In this document: positions 1 to 12,620 of the stretch, piece by piece
Position numbering within the stretch: the stretch's first letter is position 1
How the letters are laid out: the number at the start of each line of letters is the position of its first letter
Assembly: GCF_018350175.1 (NCBI RefSeq)
Contig: NC_058368.1
Span: 181,476,001 to 181,540,000 of the forward strand
DNA from: Felis catus
Taxonomy: Eukaryota
Length of the DNA: 64,000 nucleotides
Direction of reading: 5' to 3'
Position numbers and translations under genes: made by a program
The notes under the pieces: generated by a model
The model's database searches: none
Seen by the model: only the letters and a program-made list of their open reading frames with translations
What the model was told of the DNA's origin: nothing

Positions 1-32
1 TTTAGCAAATCAATGCACTTTGCCCCATATTT

Positions 33-261
33 AATTTTAAGTTTAATTTTAATTTTTAAAGGTTTATTTATTTTTGAGAGAGAGAGACAGAGACAGAGAC
101 AGAGACAGAGCATGAGTGGGGGAGGGGCAGAGAGAGAGGGAGACAACAGAATGTGAAGCAGGCTCCAGGCTCTGTGCTGACAGGGCTTGAACTCAGGAAC
201 GGTGAGATCATGACCTGAGGTGAAGTTGGATGCTCAACTGACTGAGCCACCCAGGCGCCCC
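33..261 (-). mobile_element. Can-SINE (SINEC_Fc2-like)
   Basis: Reverse complement begins GGGGCGCCTGGGTGGCTCAGTCAGTTGAGC, followed by a (CT)n tract and A-rich tail. TSD TGCCCCATATTT at 21-32 and 262-273. Confidence 0.95.
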
Positions 262-1412
262 TGCCCCATATTTTAAATAGACCACATTAAGTTCATCACC
301 AAAATGATAATACATATAAGGGGAAAAGGACACACAAAGGACTAGTTGTTTATAATGAACTCATTAGCTGTCCAGAAAAGTAGATTCTGGTAACTGGGAA
401 ATGTTGTCTGCAAGAACTAAATGTTGGACATAGAGATAGAGGCTCTGAGGAATTGGGTAAGTCTAAAGTATTCTGCCTAATAAAGAAAGATCCAGAAAGT
501 TCTTAAGGGAGTACGTAAGTGCAGGAACTGGACGCAGAGAAATCTAGACATCATGTGAGGAAGGATGTAAAAGAGGCATATTCAGAGAGGGAGAGGAGGA
601 TGCGATTCTCCCCTGGGGACTCTCAGAGTAGAATGCTGGGTAACATTAACCCTTTGTGCCCTATGCCCGCACCTAAAAAAAAGATTAGGGGGAGGGCATT
701 CACAGCACAATCTATAATCACCATTTTTGTTATAAATTTGATTGTACATGTGTGTGAGGATGAAGTCAGTACTTTCTATTATTTTACTATTATGAAGAAG
801 CAGATAGCATTCATTGAGGATTTACTTCAATTACATGGTATGAGAAATGAGGTAAGAAATCCAGAAAAGGATTATAACAAGAACAGTATTTTGGTCTGTA
901 TCTGAGATGCTTACTCCTTGAGGGCAAGGACCTTGGCTCCTACCTGTAATCTATCTCCAGGAGCTGGCAGAGAACCACTGTCAAAGAACACTCAAAAAAG
1001 CTCTGTTAAAAATAGCTATGCATTTACATAGAGGCATCTGAATAAAAAAAATAGGATAAGTGTTTAAAAGGGCTTTGGCCATTTTGGTCTTTCTTAGTGT
1101 TTAAGTGTCCTTAACGTATTTTTCAAGTCTATTGTTAATTTGCATGATTTACATGAGAATTTTCATATGAATTTTGTGACATATTCCCTTCTGCTTCATC
1201 AAACAAATACAATGTAAGTGTTCTCTTTCAAGATAGCCTCTACTTCCTTAACTAGGAAACAAAATACAAATACTGCTTTGAAAATTTTAAAATAGTACTC
1301 AAAGAATAGGAACTAGCCCTATTATGCAGAGAAGTCAGAATCAATGGCCTACCTTTAAAACATTTTTTTCTGATTTGGAAAGTATGTGCAGAGTCCTAGC
1401 ATGACTCTATGT

Positions 1413-1624
1413 CAGGAGTCAACAAACATTTTCTGTAAAGATCAAAATAGTAAATTATTTTCCTCATCACAGGGTCTGTCACAACTAGTCACTACCACCG
1501 TAGCACAAAGGCAGCCTGAGAAAATTCTTACGTGAATAGGCATGTTTGTGTTCCAATAAAACTTTATTTCCAAAAAACCTAGAGAGCCTGATTTGACCTT
1601 CAGACCGCATTATGCCAACCCTTG
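1413..1624 (+). mobile_element. MER58A-like hAT-Charlie MITE
   Basis: CAGGAGTCAACAAACATTTTCTGTAAAG...GTTCCAATAAAACTTTATTT...TGCCAACCCTTG matches the recalled MER58A consensus. Confidence 0.8.
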
Positions 1625-2099
1625 CTAGGTAAACAGAGAGTAACCGAAAGAAAGAAGTCTGGAATCCTGGCCAATTATCAGCTTGAACCTAACCATGTTC
1701 ACCAAGGATGTCTCAGATGAGGAAGATTTCCTTACCAGAAACTTCCCAACAGTGTTGAAATAACAGAACAAGATATTCCTGGTGTGGCAGCAATACCCAC
1801 TCCAATATACCTAGAGAAAAGTGATTTTATTTAGGTTGCTGATTTGAAATTGATACAGCATCTTAGGCCACAAGCCAAAGCTGGGCATCTCTTGAGAAGA
1901 TAGTCTTGTAGTTAACTGCTCTCATGACAAAAGTCTGAAATTTGACCTTTTTGCATATGTGTTTAGATCTTGCTTGACTACTCTGGCCAATTATTATTTT
2001 GCCAATTATTTTCTGGCATTTAGGTTTGTCAGTGAATATGAGACACAGTGAAGATGATATTAAATTATTTCTTATATTACTCTTCCTCTTGTTTTATAG

Positions 2100-2252
2100 G
2101 TCTCTCTTATTCTGCATGTACGAGACAGAAGATGATAATCAATTTACCAAACGGCCAAAAATGCTGAATGTTGAAGTTTCAAGATCCCAAAGAATACAAA
2201 TCCCCAAAAGAAGCTCATGTTCATTCTGGCTGAAAAGAATATTTATTAAGAA
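2100..2252 (+). CDS. Candidate coding exon of an unidentified gene: (R)SLLFCMYETEDDNQFTKRPKMLNVEVSRSQRIQIPKRSSCSFWLKRIFIK. Either an internal phase 2-2 exon or a terminal exon stopping at 2254-2256
   Basis: Strong acceptor (TTCTTATATTACTCTTCCTCTTGTTTTATAG|G) and donor-like GAA|GTAAGG. Length 153 nt (51 codons), with only one of three frames open. AATAAA at 2876-2881 if terminal. No homolog recognised. Confidence 0.4.
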
Positions 2253-3499
2253 GTAAGGAATGAGAATTTGGGTAATAGCTTAAAAGTTCATTTATACAAA
2301 ACTCAACTGAAAGGACTCTTTGTAGCCTGTGCTTACTATTGTAGTTGGTTTCTAAATCAATAGGTGACTTGATACAGAAGATTAGAAAATGCAGAGCCCA
2401 ATATAAAATTTTGTGCAAATTTAAAAATAACTCAGTAACATCAATCTCAAAATTATGTACTTGCATTCCTGCATTTCCTAATGATCCCTCAAGGTATACG
2501 ATTATATTTTTACAGCCATTAGCACTGCCATTCACCAGAACCATAATGGTGTAATCACTCAGAGGTTCAAGGAAATGAAAGTCTCTCACATTTGCCTACT
2601 ACCCTCTGTTGTCTAATATAGTATCAAATGTTACAACAGTGTAAACTCTTCCATACATGCAGATAAAAGCCTCTGCGGGAGACAGCCGTGATGAACTGCC
2701 TAAAATATTGAGGTAGCTTCTGATTTTTGAGAGGGGAATGTTCCCTCCCAAAGCAATTACTAACATCCCTTGTGCTATAAAATGTTTGTGTTCTAGTACA
2801 ACTGCCTGGAAAGTGAGTCTAGCTTCTTCCAGGCCTTTCATTATAAAACTGGAGGGTCAATCTTTTGGAGGAAAGAATAAAGGCACAAAAAAGTCATCGA
2901 AACCCTTAGAAAGACATACACTCTTTAAATCCTGGTAATGAAAAAGAAACCCATGCTTGGTAAGTTAGTATTGGTCCTCAGTGGAGATTATGAGAAACCC
3001 TAAGTAGTCAGGATTGTAGGGAACAGCAGCTAAGGACCCAAAGCACAAATGGACATGTAAAAAAAAAAAAAAAAAAAAAAAAGGGCACACACCAGAACTG
3101 AATGCCAACAGATTCTATCAAATGCTTTCCCAGATTCACCAGCAGCATGATAAGCTACTTCCTATGGGAACTCAAATACAACTTTCTAAGACTTTATGGA
3201 AACAGGAAGATTTTAAAAAGTACCAGGTTGATTTGGCCAACAGGACCATTTGATGACAGAGAGCAGAGACAACTCAAAATAGAGTGAAAGAGGAACAAAT
3301 ACAGCACCATGCATCCTATAAAAACTCAACGGAAGTGACTGCAAATGGGATTAGACTATCCCTACTTATAAAAGGTGAAACATGTATCAGGGCACATTCA
3401 CATTTTGTGATTTAACATGAGTTTCGTACCAAATTATCCTTAACCTATGTACCCAGATATCTGAGACCTTTTATTTACAAAAATGAAAATGTCCAAATT

Positions 3500-3680
3500 A
3501 CTGCACCATGCTAGGGACTCCATATCCTCTATGTCTTCAAAAACCACAACAACCATTTTATTTAGGTACTCCTATCTTCATTTTATAGATAAGGAATAAA
3601 ACAAGAACATTAGCTTAAGATTATTGAGCAGAGGCCAGATATGAATCCATTTACCTGGTTTTAAACACAGATTTCACCAA
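3500..3680 (-). mobile_element. MIR fragment
   Basis: CTTCATTTTATAGATAAGGAA core and flanks resemble antisense MIR. Confidence 0.55.
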
Positions 3681-4389
3681 CAAATGCCAGATCCTTTTGT
3701 TTCTCTTTCATGTATTCCACTATTTTTTTTTTTGCACCAGGTTAAATTTCTACAATGTGAAAAATGACCCCAAATTTCAAGAACTTAGAAAGTACTACAC
3801 TATATACACCTACCTCTCATTCTTATCTAAACTTTGGAAAATTAAATTTTATCTCCAGTAGGAAGACACTTCAAAAATAAATGAATGATTTTCTAACTCT
3901 TAATCAAGGTTAAATTCCATGACCTCTCTTTCTATGTTAGCCCCCTTTCCTTTATACCCAAGTGTTTTGTGTGATTTGATAAAAAATTAAATTTGAATTA
4001 AAATTCACTCCAGGGGAATTTTGCACCTCTCCTTCAGGTGATTAGTGACAATTTGCAATCTCACAATCATGATAAAGGATCATTGTAATAAGGAGAGCTG
4101 AAAGGAGAGGGTCAATTGGTTCAAGCAGGAAAAGAGTCAGACATTCGATAACTGGGATTTCATTTAGTCTCTATGCTTTTTCCTTAGCAAGTACTTACCT
4201 GCTCCAAAAATGCATGAACTTTACTGAATGTTGTGGATAAAAAACAAGTAAGAGATGGGCTGTTGCAAGGATCTCACCCACTCTTCAGAAGCCAGGCCCA
4301 AGCACAGATCATGGATATAAGTTCCTTGCAACGTCAGTGCCATAGAAAGATAATATAAGGACCACATTATAAAGGTTATGCAATCCCCA

Positions 4390-4830
4390 TATCTGAAGTT
4401 TGACTGGAACAAGAGTGACCATATCGCCCAAGCGAGGCTAATCAGAATAGACTATCTTCTCCAGGAATACGGAAATATTTCGAGATAAAGGAGACACTGA
4501 TTAAAATGGGATGGCTTCAAGTAGTTGCATCTGCAATGTACATACTTGGAAAATGTGAGATCAGAAACCCCTACTCATAAACAGATAAGCAGTTGCAGAA
4601 AAAAAACAGTTTGCAGAGTGAGAGAAGAATAAAGACGCTTTACAGAGATGTAGGACGGAGAGTCTACACAATTTTCCAATTCCTCGTTCTAGTATCTTCC
4701 AGGCCTGGGTATAATTCTTCACTTGGATTCTCAGAGGCATCTGTATACTCTTAGAATAAATCTCCCATTTCAGCTTAAACCAACTTGAATTAGTTTCATT
4801 TATTGGGACCCAGAAAATTCAGTTTAAGAA
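4390..4830 (+). mobile_element. Degraded ERVL/MaLR solo LTR (LTR33-like)
   Basis: 3' end AATAAATCTCCCATTTCAGCTTAAACCAACTTGAATTAGTTTC...GACCCAGAAAATTC resembles the LTR33/MLT1 terminus. Confidence 0.5.
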
Positions 4831-4840
4831 ACCAACACCT

Positions 4841-5053
4841 GGGGGCGCGTGGGTGGCTCAGTTGGTTAAGCATCCAACTTCTCAGTTCATGATCTCAAAG
4901 CTCATGGGTTGGTGCCCCATGTAGGGCTCTGTGCTGACAGCTCAGAGCCTGGAGCCTGTTTCGGATTTTGTGTCTCCATCTCTCTGCCTCTCCCCCCACT
5001 CATGTTCTGTCTTTCTCTCTCTCTCAATAATAAATAAACCTTAATTTTTTTTA
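4841..5053 (+). mobile_element. Can-SINE (SINEC_Fc2-like)
   Basis: GGGGGCGCGTGGGTGGCTCAG...CAGCTCAGAGCCTGGAGCCTG...AATAAATAAAC. Degenerate TSD AAGAAACCAACACCT / AAGAAGCCATCACCT. Confidence 0.95.
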
Positions 5054-6429
5054 AAGAAGCCATCACCTGTACTTACATAAAGTAAAATTTTTTGATAATA
5101 CCATAACACAACTTTCATCTCCAATATGCTAGCATCCTACTAGCAAAAAACATTTAAAATGGCCATGATGCTCACCCTTCCCTTTGTTTATCCATACTCT
5201 GTCTTCATCTTCTTGGGAAAGTTTTCACCATCTTCCATTGTACTTGGCTCACATACGAGTTAGCTGTTTGAGATAATAAAATCTTAGGCTGCAAAAGCTA
5301 TTTAACCCATTTGCTATCTGACCCTGCACATATCTTGGGCATCCAGATGCCTCAGTACAATTTGATGATGCTAACAAGTCTGTCTGCCAGTTTTACTTGC
5401 TAAGCAAATGCCAACAACATTAAATGTTCACACTATGTATACCGCTAACAAAATAATATTCAGATCGAAAAAAATACATGGCAACACTCTGAATAGGGGA
5501 AGACATATAGGAAACATACAGGTAAAAACATCTTGACTTAGCGCTTGTTTGCATCCGTCATAAGGAAGATCCTACAGTGTGGCAATTCCCTATCCAAGAC
5601 CCCAGTGAGGGCTTGTGTTCCTTTGCAGCTGTTGGGGGAATTGGAGGATGTGACACACAGTCCGTGGGAAAACAGCCCAGAGTTTAGGAAAAAACACACA
5701 CTACTCAACTGTCACATTTCCTAAATCACTCATGAATATATTTCCATATGCACTAACAGTGAGATTATTTCAAGGATGCCCCATCTTGTCTACCACATCA
5801 AGATTTACGAAAAAGAGAAGCTGAGAATGTGGGTGGAGGTGGGAGAGAATGTGTCCCCTGGGCCAGTAGCATGGGTTCACAAGCCTACCATGTTCATGCT
5901 AGCCCTAAAGCCAAGGATCAATCTTTCCATTCCTTCTGCAAAAGAAACAACAATATCTAAAATATAAAAACACAGCCTCTTTATTTTCAGACCAATCCTT
6001 CAGCAAAATAAGCCTTTGGGAGAACATGAGACCTTCAATTTTGAATCTAAAATAGACATTCAGGCTACTAGGAATTCTGTGTTTGACCTAGTCCCAGCCA
6101 CCACAGATACAGTACAAACTAAGAAAATAATTTTTATTCTTTACTGCAAAAGGAGAATTCCCTAGCATTTCTGAAGGTTTGATAAATCAGGAGAGCAGAT
6201 ACCAGAATGGTGAAGGCTGACACATAAGAGGGTGTTACAGAAATATTCAAGAATTGGTAATATACGATTTATGGAAAATTTACTATTTTATCATATGGGG
6301 AATCACCAGAATATATATTAAAATCTAAGTAGGATGTGTAAAAATTGGTGGGTGGGTAGAATCTACAGAATTCTACTCTGAGGTAGAAACACTGAATTGT
6401 TTACTTCAATCTGCTCATTTTCCTCCAGG

Positions 6430-6670
6430 ATAATATGCAAGAGTTGAGACTCTGACTCCATACACATGGATTTGAATTCCAGTTTGAATTTCCTTTGTTA
6501 TCTGTGACCTCTGAGCAAAATTCTTAGTCTGTCTTAGTCTCTCTTTCCTGTTCTGTGAAAAGAGGATGATAATCCTCACTTGACTAGGTAGTATTATAAG
6601 GACTTACAGAAACTGTTCCACAAAATACTATACAGTGCCTAACACAGAGTAAGCACTCATACATTCTAGC
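6430..6670 (+). mobile_element. MIR (near full length)
   Basis: TGTGACCTCTGAGCAAAATTCTTAG...CTGTGAAAAGAGGATGATAAT...ACAGTGCCTAACACAGAGTAAGCACTC. Confidence 0.75.
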
Positions 6671-7244
6671 AAGTCTACATTAATTTGTTCATGTTCTTAA
6701 AATGGAAGAGGGAAGTAAAGTGATTTGCCCAAAGTCACAACAGGACTGTGACAGACATTAGCATAATACTATTCAGGAAATCTATAGCCTTGTATTATAC
6801 TCAGAAATGTCCCCAGAGTATCTTTCATAGTGTATATATGAGACTAGAAAATATATCTCCTTTAACCCCTTTTTTTCACCAACGTTTGCTAAGCAACTTG
6901 TGTCTGCAGCAATTCTGCCCCTTGATCCTCCACCCCTCTTATCTCTCCTATGCTATCCTTTTCTATTCTCACCCACTACCAGGGTATACACATTTTATCA
7001 CCTAGGAAAAACAATGGAAAGAGTTGGCATTTACACACCATTGCCTCTATGGCCTGCCTTGCTGAGTTGAACCATTTTGGAATCTCACAAACCCATGAAC
7101 AGCACGCTTCTTGAACTCACTGGGTGCCAAAAGAAAGGGGAAACAATGAAAAAAAAAAAAGAATCATTATTGAGAGCTTCTTATCTCTCAGACAATGAGA
7201 TAGGAGCTTCTTTTGGATTACTTCTTTTTTTTATTTTTATGTAT

Positions 7245-7277
<33 letters not shown>

Positions 7278-7290
7278 GTATTATTATTAT
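7245..7290. repeat. Compound (GAT)n-(TAT)n microsatellite inside a MIR
   Basis: Read directly from the sequence. Confidence 0.95.
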
Positions 7291-7929
7291 TTTGGATTCC
7301 TTCTTCTGATAACCTCAACAATCCCATCCAAAGATGCCCTTATTGTGAATTTGGAAATTAAATTAAACATCCCAATAATATTTTCTTAAACTTGATTCCA
7401 TTTTAAAGTTGGTGAACCTTGGGCCCCTGGTCCAAAGTCAAACAGCTCATGAGTGGTAGAACCTGGTTTTGAATCCAGTCTAACTCCAGAATAGGAGCTG
7501 TTCAACTCTCCCAATAGAGAACATTAAAGAAATTGGAGGTCCAGGGGACTTGGTTGTTTATCCCAGGTTGTTTATTCTTGGTTGTTGTTTGTCTTTCAAA
7601 TTGGAGCAATTACAGGGTAACATTTTAAAAAAGTGAGAATTTATTCAGGGCAGGCTATATCCATACATGTTCCAGGAAAGTATACACGCACACACACACA
7701 CACATACTCCATGGGGAAGATTAATCAGAGAAGGTTTTTGAAGGATATAAATATTGAGGCTTTAATATTTCCATTCATTATTTGTGATCCGCATCTGCCA
7801 CAAAAGAGAAATCTTCCACCTAGGAAAACTATCTACTCCTTCCTCCTGGACTTAATTCAGGCCGTCTCTCTACCTGAATGGGGATGTCAATGATAACAGT
7901 GAAGACAGTGACGGCAATCACTGTAACAA

Positions 7930-8140
7930 AAGCTACCATTTACTGAAAGCTTACTTTGCATCAGAACCTATGCTAAGAGTTTTATGTGTATGATCTCATG
8001 TAATGCTCAATAGCAAGGAGGAGTAATAACTACTGTTCTCCCCAGTTTACAGATGACAAATCTGAGATTTAAATAGGATAAGTAACATATCTAAGGCCAC
8101 ACATGCAATAAGGGGCAAAGATAGGACCAACTGCCAGGAA
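7930..8140 (-). mobile_element. MIR
   Basis: GCTACCATTTACTGAAAGCTTAC...CCCAGTTTACAGATGACAAATCTGAG...AAGTAACATATCTAAGGCCACAC. Confidence 0.8.
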
Positions 8141-8204
8141 TAAAAACCTCTATGTATTGTATGCCACACACTTCACTGTCCTTATCATCCTTTTCACCTA
8201 ATGC

Positions 8205-8386
8205 TGGTGTTCTTCAACCTTAGTGAATATCAGAATCACCCAGGCAGCTTGTCAAAAGAGACGGCTGTCCCATTCTCCATTTTTCAGTAAGTTTGGGATA
8301 GGGAGAGCACAAGAATCTGTATTTCTAACAAGTTCCCAGGAGATGTTGATACTGCTGGTCCTAGGATAATACTTTAAGAACGACTG
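8205..8386. mobile_element. MER5A hAT-Charlie MITE
   Basis: TCAGAATCACCCAGG...ATTTCTAACAAGTTCCCAGGAGATGTTGATACTGCTGGTCC...ACTTTAAGAACGACTG. Confidence 0.8.
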
Positions 8387-10311
8387 ACCTAATAAAATCT
8401 TTTGTCCTTGTACCTATCAATGGGACAATACCAGTACCAAACTCACAGAGATCCCGGGAGGATTTAAGACTTAGTGTATGGAAGGCTCTTAGAGCTAGTG
8501 TCCCAGGCAGAGTAAATGATACACACATTATGATGTTGGTCTTTATTGTTGTTTTTTATTGTTCAAGGCTAAAGACAAATTTTCTAAACAATCTAATCAG
8601 AATAATTTTCCTTTCTATATCTTAATATTGCCTTTGTGCCATTGCACATCAGTGATTATATTTTATTTTATGTTGAATGTATAGATATTTAACTTTGATG
8701 ATATATTGTCAACACTACAAGGCAGCAAATATGCAAATTTAGACTGTTTTCCTGTCCTCCATAGTGCCTAGCATAGTGCTCCACAAGCATACATTAAATT
8801 GTTTGTGGCTTAATAATGAAATGATTCAAAAGCAGAGAGTGAATCTAGAAGCGATTTAAATTATACTATTAGAATCAATTTAGCAGAAGATTTAGTAAGA
8901 TCCCTTAGGTCTCCTGATTCAGAGTCTAATGCCAGCCCTTAGTTTGTTGCACAGACCTAGATATAGCCATGGAAGAGGAGATAAACAGCCAATGTAATTA
9001 CAGTGACATAATGGTTACACTTTTATAGCTGAGGGGAGCAGCAAATAGGATTTTAAAAATCAAATTAAAACTGTCATTCCACAACATTAAGTTTCCAGAA
9101 TTTTCATTTTTTAATATTAATGATTTTTTTCTTCAAAAAGGAACAAACAATGCTAATTCTACTGCTACAATACTGTTAATGAAGAAATAAAGAATAATTT
9201 ATCATTGCATAATTAACACAGTACAGTTAAGCATGTTTTAATGATTTTGTATAATGGCCTCTCATAACTAGATGATACTTGTTAGTCATAGTGGGGAAGG
9301 AAAACTATCCAAGGAATCATTAATGAAGATGGATAAACTGACCAGGTTTTTATTTTACTCTTTTATATAAAGTGTTTACAAGATTTCTTGGTGTATTTTG
9401 GCACTGTTTTATTCCTGAGCCTGTAGGTGACCAGATGGTTAATAAAACATTTTAACTGATTCAAGAAATGAAAGGCTAAGGAATAAAAGGCTAAGAATGC
9501 AACCCATGCAAGTCAACAGGCTTTCTTCTTTGCTTCCAAATGGTACCAACTCTTAACTTTGCAGGTGCATGAGACTTTGAAGATAGCAGAATACTGTTAT
9601 CTTTAGCCATCTATAATACCTTAAAATTATCAGAATTAATGACGAAATTTATCAGAATTTTCTGTTTAAACCATTTTGGGAGTCAGGAAGTATGAAGAGA
9701 GGAAAAAATCAAAACATGAGTTAAAGGTGATAATACACATGATCTTATAGCTACTTTCTTTTAATAGTGTTCCCAAAAATGCACTTTTGAGTTATTGATG
9801 GTTGTATCTATAGGAAACGCTGCAAAAATTTCAATACCTACAACAAACACCTTTCAACATTCAATCAAAGCAGGTGCATATTCAGGTTTGAGTTATTATG
9901 TGGTAGGGGGTAAATGGTTGTGGTGGACAGTTACCTTTTGCCCATTGGAGAGGTTTTCAATAAGTGATCTACATGGCCACATACAGGCTGAAGATACATT
10001 TATTTGACTCACATATTACTGAAATCCTATTTTCGTGTTCAACATATGCAATTTGAGAAATTACACTTATAAAATATATATTTCCAGCTGCTCTTTAGAA
10101 ATCAGTTCATTGAGCAACATTGAACCTATTACATACAATCTACAGAGCAGTGCTGAGGGCTGTCCCCTTTCAGCAGGGACTTGTGTCTCCAGATCTCTAG
10201 ATTTACATAATTTCTGTTGTATGATACTCGACCCTATTTCATCATTTATATTACCTGTTTGACCCCTATTGACATTTATATTTGTTATCCTGATCTACTA
10301 TATCTCTAGCA

Positions 10312-10492
10312 CGGTGGTTCTTATGGTCCCCAAACCAGTGGCATCAGCATCACCTGTGCATTTGTTAGAAATACAAATTCTCAGCTGTATATCAGACCTA
10401 CTGAATCAGAAACTCTGGAGATAGGATCTACCACTCTGTGTTTAACAAGCCCTTCAGGTGATTCTGAAGTTCATTTAAGTTTGAGAATCATC
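10312..10492. mobile_element. MER5A hAT-Charlie MITE
   Basis: GCATCAGCATCACCTG...TTGTTAGAAATACAAATTCTCAG...CTACTGAATCAGAAACTCTGG...TTTAACAAGCCCTTCAGGTGATTCTG...AGTTTGAGAATCA. Confidence 0.85.
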
Positions 10493-10706
10493 TCTTGCAT
10501 ATCCAAGCCTTAAGATGTGTATTTATTCTTGGCTTGCTTTCATTTCCAGAAACCCATGAAGGTTCAAAAATAGTGGGGACATTATTTTTGTCTTTATCAT
10601 TTGTAGCAAAAATTTCATTGCACAAATTGAAAGAGAGGAACAGAGTCATCTCATGAGTAAAGCCATAGCCCTCTAATGCTTAGGTTTTCTGTATTCCAGC
10701 TGAAGT

Positions 10707-10904
10707 GTTTTTTTTTTTTTATAGTTTATTTACTTTTGAGAGAGAGAGGGAAAGAGGCATTGAGAGAGGGAAACACAGAATCCAAAGCAGGCTCCAGGTT
10801 TGAGCTGTCAGCATAGAGTCAGATGCAGGGCTTGACTTATGAACGGTGAGATCATGACCTCAGCCAAAGTTGGATGCTTACCAGAATAAGCCACCGAAGC
10901 ATTC
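10707..10904 (-). mobile_element. Can-SINE (SINEC_Fc2-like, diverged)
   Basis: Poly-T, (GA)n and GCAGGCTCCAGG...GAGATCATGACCT. TSD CCAG(C/T)TGAAGT. Confidence 0.9.
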
Positions 10905-10969
10905 CCAGTTGAAGTTTTATAGAGAGTTAGGAATATCAAGTTTCATCCATGTCTATACATATTCCTAAA

Positions 10970-11172
10970 AACAAATTTAATGTTTATTTTTTGAGAGAGA
11001 GACAGACTGAGAGCAGGGGAAGGGAAGAGAGAGAGGAAGACACAGAATCTGAAGCAGCTCCACGCTCCGAGCTGTTAGCACAGAGCCCAATGCGGGGCTC
11101 AAACTCACAAACTGCGAGATCATGACCTGAGCCGAAGTCGGCCATTCCGCCATTTGTGCCACCCAGGTGCCC
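10970..11172 (-). mobile_element. Can-SINE (SINEC_Fc2-like)
   Basis: ...GAGATCATGACCTGAGCCGAAGTCGG...GCCACCCAGGTGCCCC. TSD CTATACATATT(C/T)CTAAA. Confidence 0.95.
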
Positions 11173-12409
11173 CTATACATATTTCTAAACAGCAAGGTGT
11201 TTTTCATGATAGAAAGAAGCTAAGGGAGGAAGGAAGAGCCTGTTTTTGATACCATGCAATTCTAAACTACAAAGTTCAAGACCAAAATATTTTGTAAAAC
11301 TTACACCTCACTTCCTCTACCTCCTCAAAGGCTAAGCACAGACCCAAGGGCAGAGAATGACAAAAGAGTATGGACAGCAAAAGGGTGGTTTATTTGGTAG
11401 ACAGTAATGCAACAGACTACTACAGTATCTGACCACATCTCTGAGCAGCTCAACTGACATCAGCAGCCACTTTTCTCTGGACTTTTTGTTTCATTAGAAA
11501 ATTTAACCTATATTTTTTAAGGGTCTTTCATTTGAATTTTATTTGCAGCTTAACACTTTCCTAACTAGTATGGATACCCCATCCACCATACACATAAAAA
11601 AAGATAAAGAACATTTCATACAAAAACATATAAAACATACTCTCTTCAAATTATGGTTAGTAGAAGACTATGGAATTTCTGCCTTTTTTTCTTAAAATTA
11701 TCAGTATTAAATTTTCAATAGTGTTCTTTGTCTTTTGCTTTATGAAATATGGAAAACAAATGGGTGTGTATCTCCCTTCACCTTAGATTACAATTTCATT
11801 AATTTTGACCACATAAGCTCTCAGTTTTCATTTTTCAAAATGTGACAGTATAATCTTGGGAATCCATATAAAAACTTATTCTGTTAGCCAACTTGACAAT
11901 AAATTATATTAAAAATAAATTAATTAAAAATTAAAAATTTAAAAGATTAAAATGAAAAAAACTATTCTCATAGATCTTAACTCTTACTCTCTCTGGATCT
12001 TTTCTAGCTCCTTTTTGTCATTCTTGACAAGTTTTAATTACTATATTAGTTTGTACTTCTCTGTATTATATATATTTTCTATTTTAGTTATGACACATTT
12101 ATATCACACCAGTCCATTTAACTATGGTATAAACTTCAGGAAAGAGGTAATGATTGAGAACCCTTCTTTGACTCATTTTCTAATGTTTTTATGCGTTTTC
12201 TTCGCTTAATTTTCACATTTTTCTATAATGAAACTTTTCACTTATTTTAGTTGTGATTTCTTTGCTTTGCCTCAATTAATTTGGCATTTCATCCCCAGAA
12301 AATATTAGATACTTACAATTTGATTCTTTTCTTTCTAAATAATTTATTCCTCACCAATTCTTGTCCTAGCAAAACAAATTAGGATATAACCAAGTCTTAG
12401 CTACAGGAA

Positions 12410-12620
12410 TAGGTGTTGCAATACTGTTTATAATAACCAAATGTTTGGAAACAATCTGCTATCCAAAAATGGGAGAATGAATCAATCAACTGTAGTACCT
12501 CAAACAATGCAATATTTTGTAACCTTCAAATGGAATGGAATGATATGTATCTGTATATAAATATAGCTAGTGGAAAAAGCAGGGTACAAGGCATTAAATA
12601 GGGTCTGATTTTATTTTATG
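12410..12620 (+). mobile_element. Ancient L1M (L1ME-like) 3' fragment
   Basis: TTGCAATACTGTTTATAATAACCAAA...TGGAAACAATC...GGAGAATGAATCAATCAACTGTAGTAC resembles the L1M 3' region. Confidence 0.6.

Noticed and set aside
68..250. ORFs beginning MAQSV... or containing SAQVMISQF... (also 10977, 22436, 37979, 39540, 50225, 53158, 56478)
   Set aside because: They are translations of Can-SINE sequence, not genes.
519..905. Longest ORF (128 aa)
   Set aside because: GTG start, no recognisable domain and no splice support.
3020..3415. About 130 codons in one frame interrupted only by TGA-TGA (…RFYQMLSQIHQQHDKLL…)
   Set aside because: Includes a poly-A run, has no recognisable homolog or splice signals, and is plausible by chance. 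A tBLASTx search would settle it.
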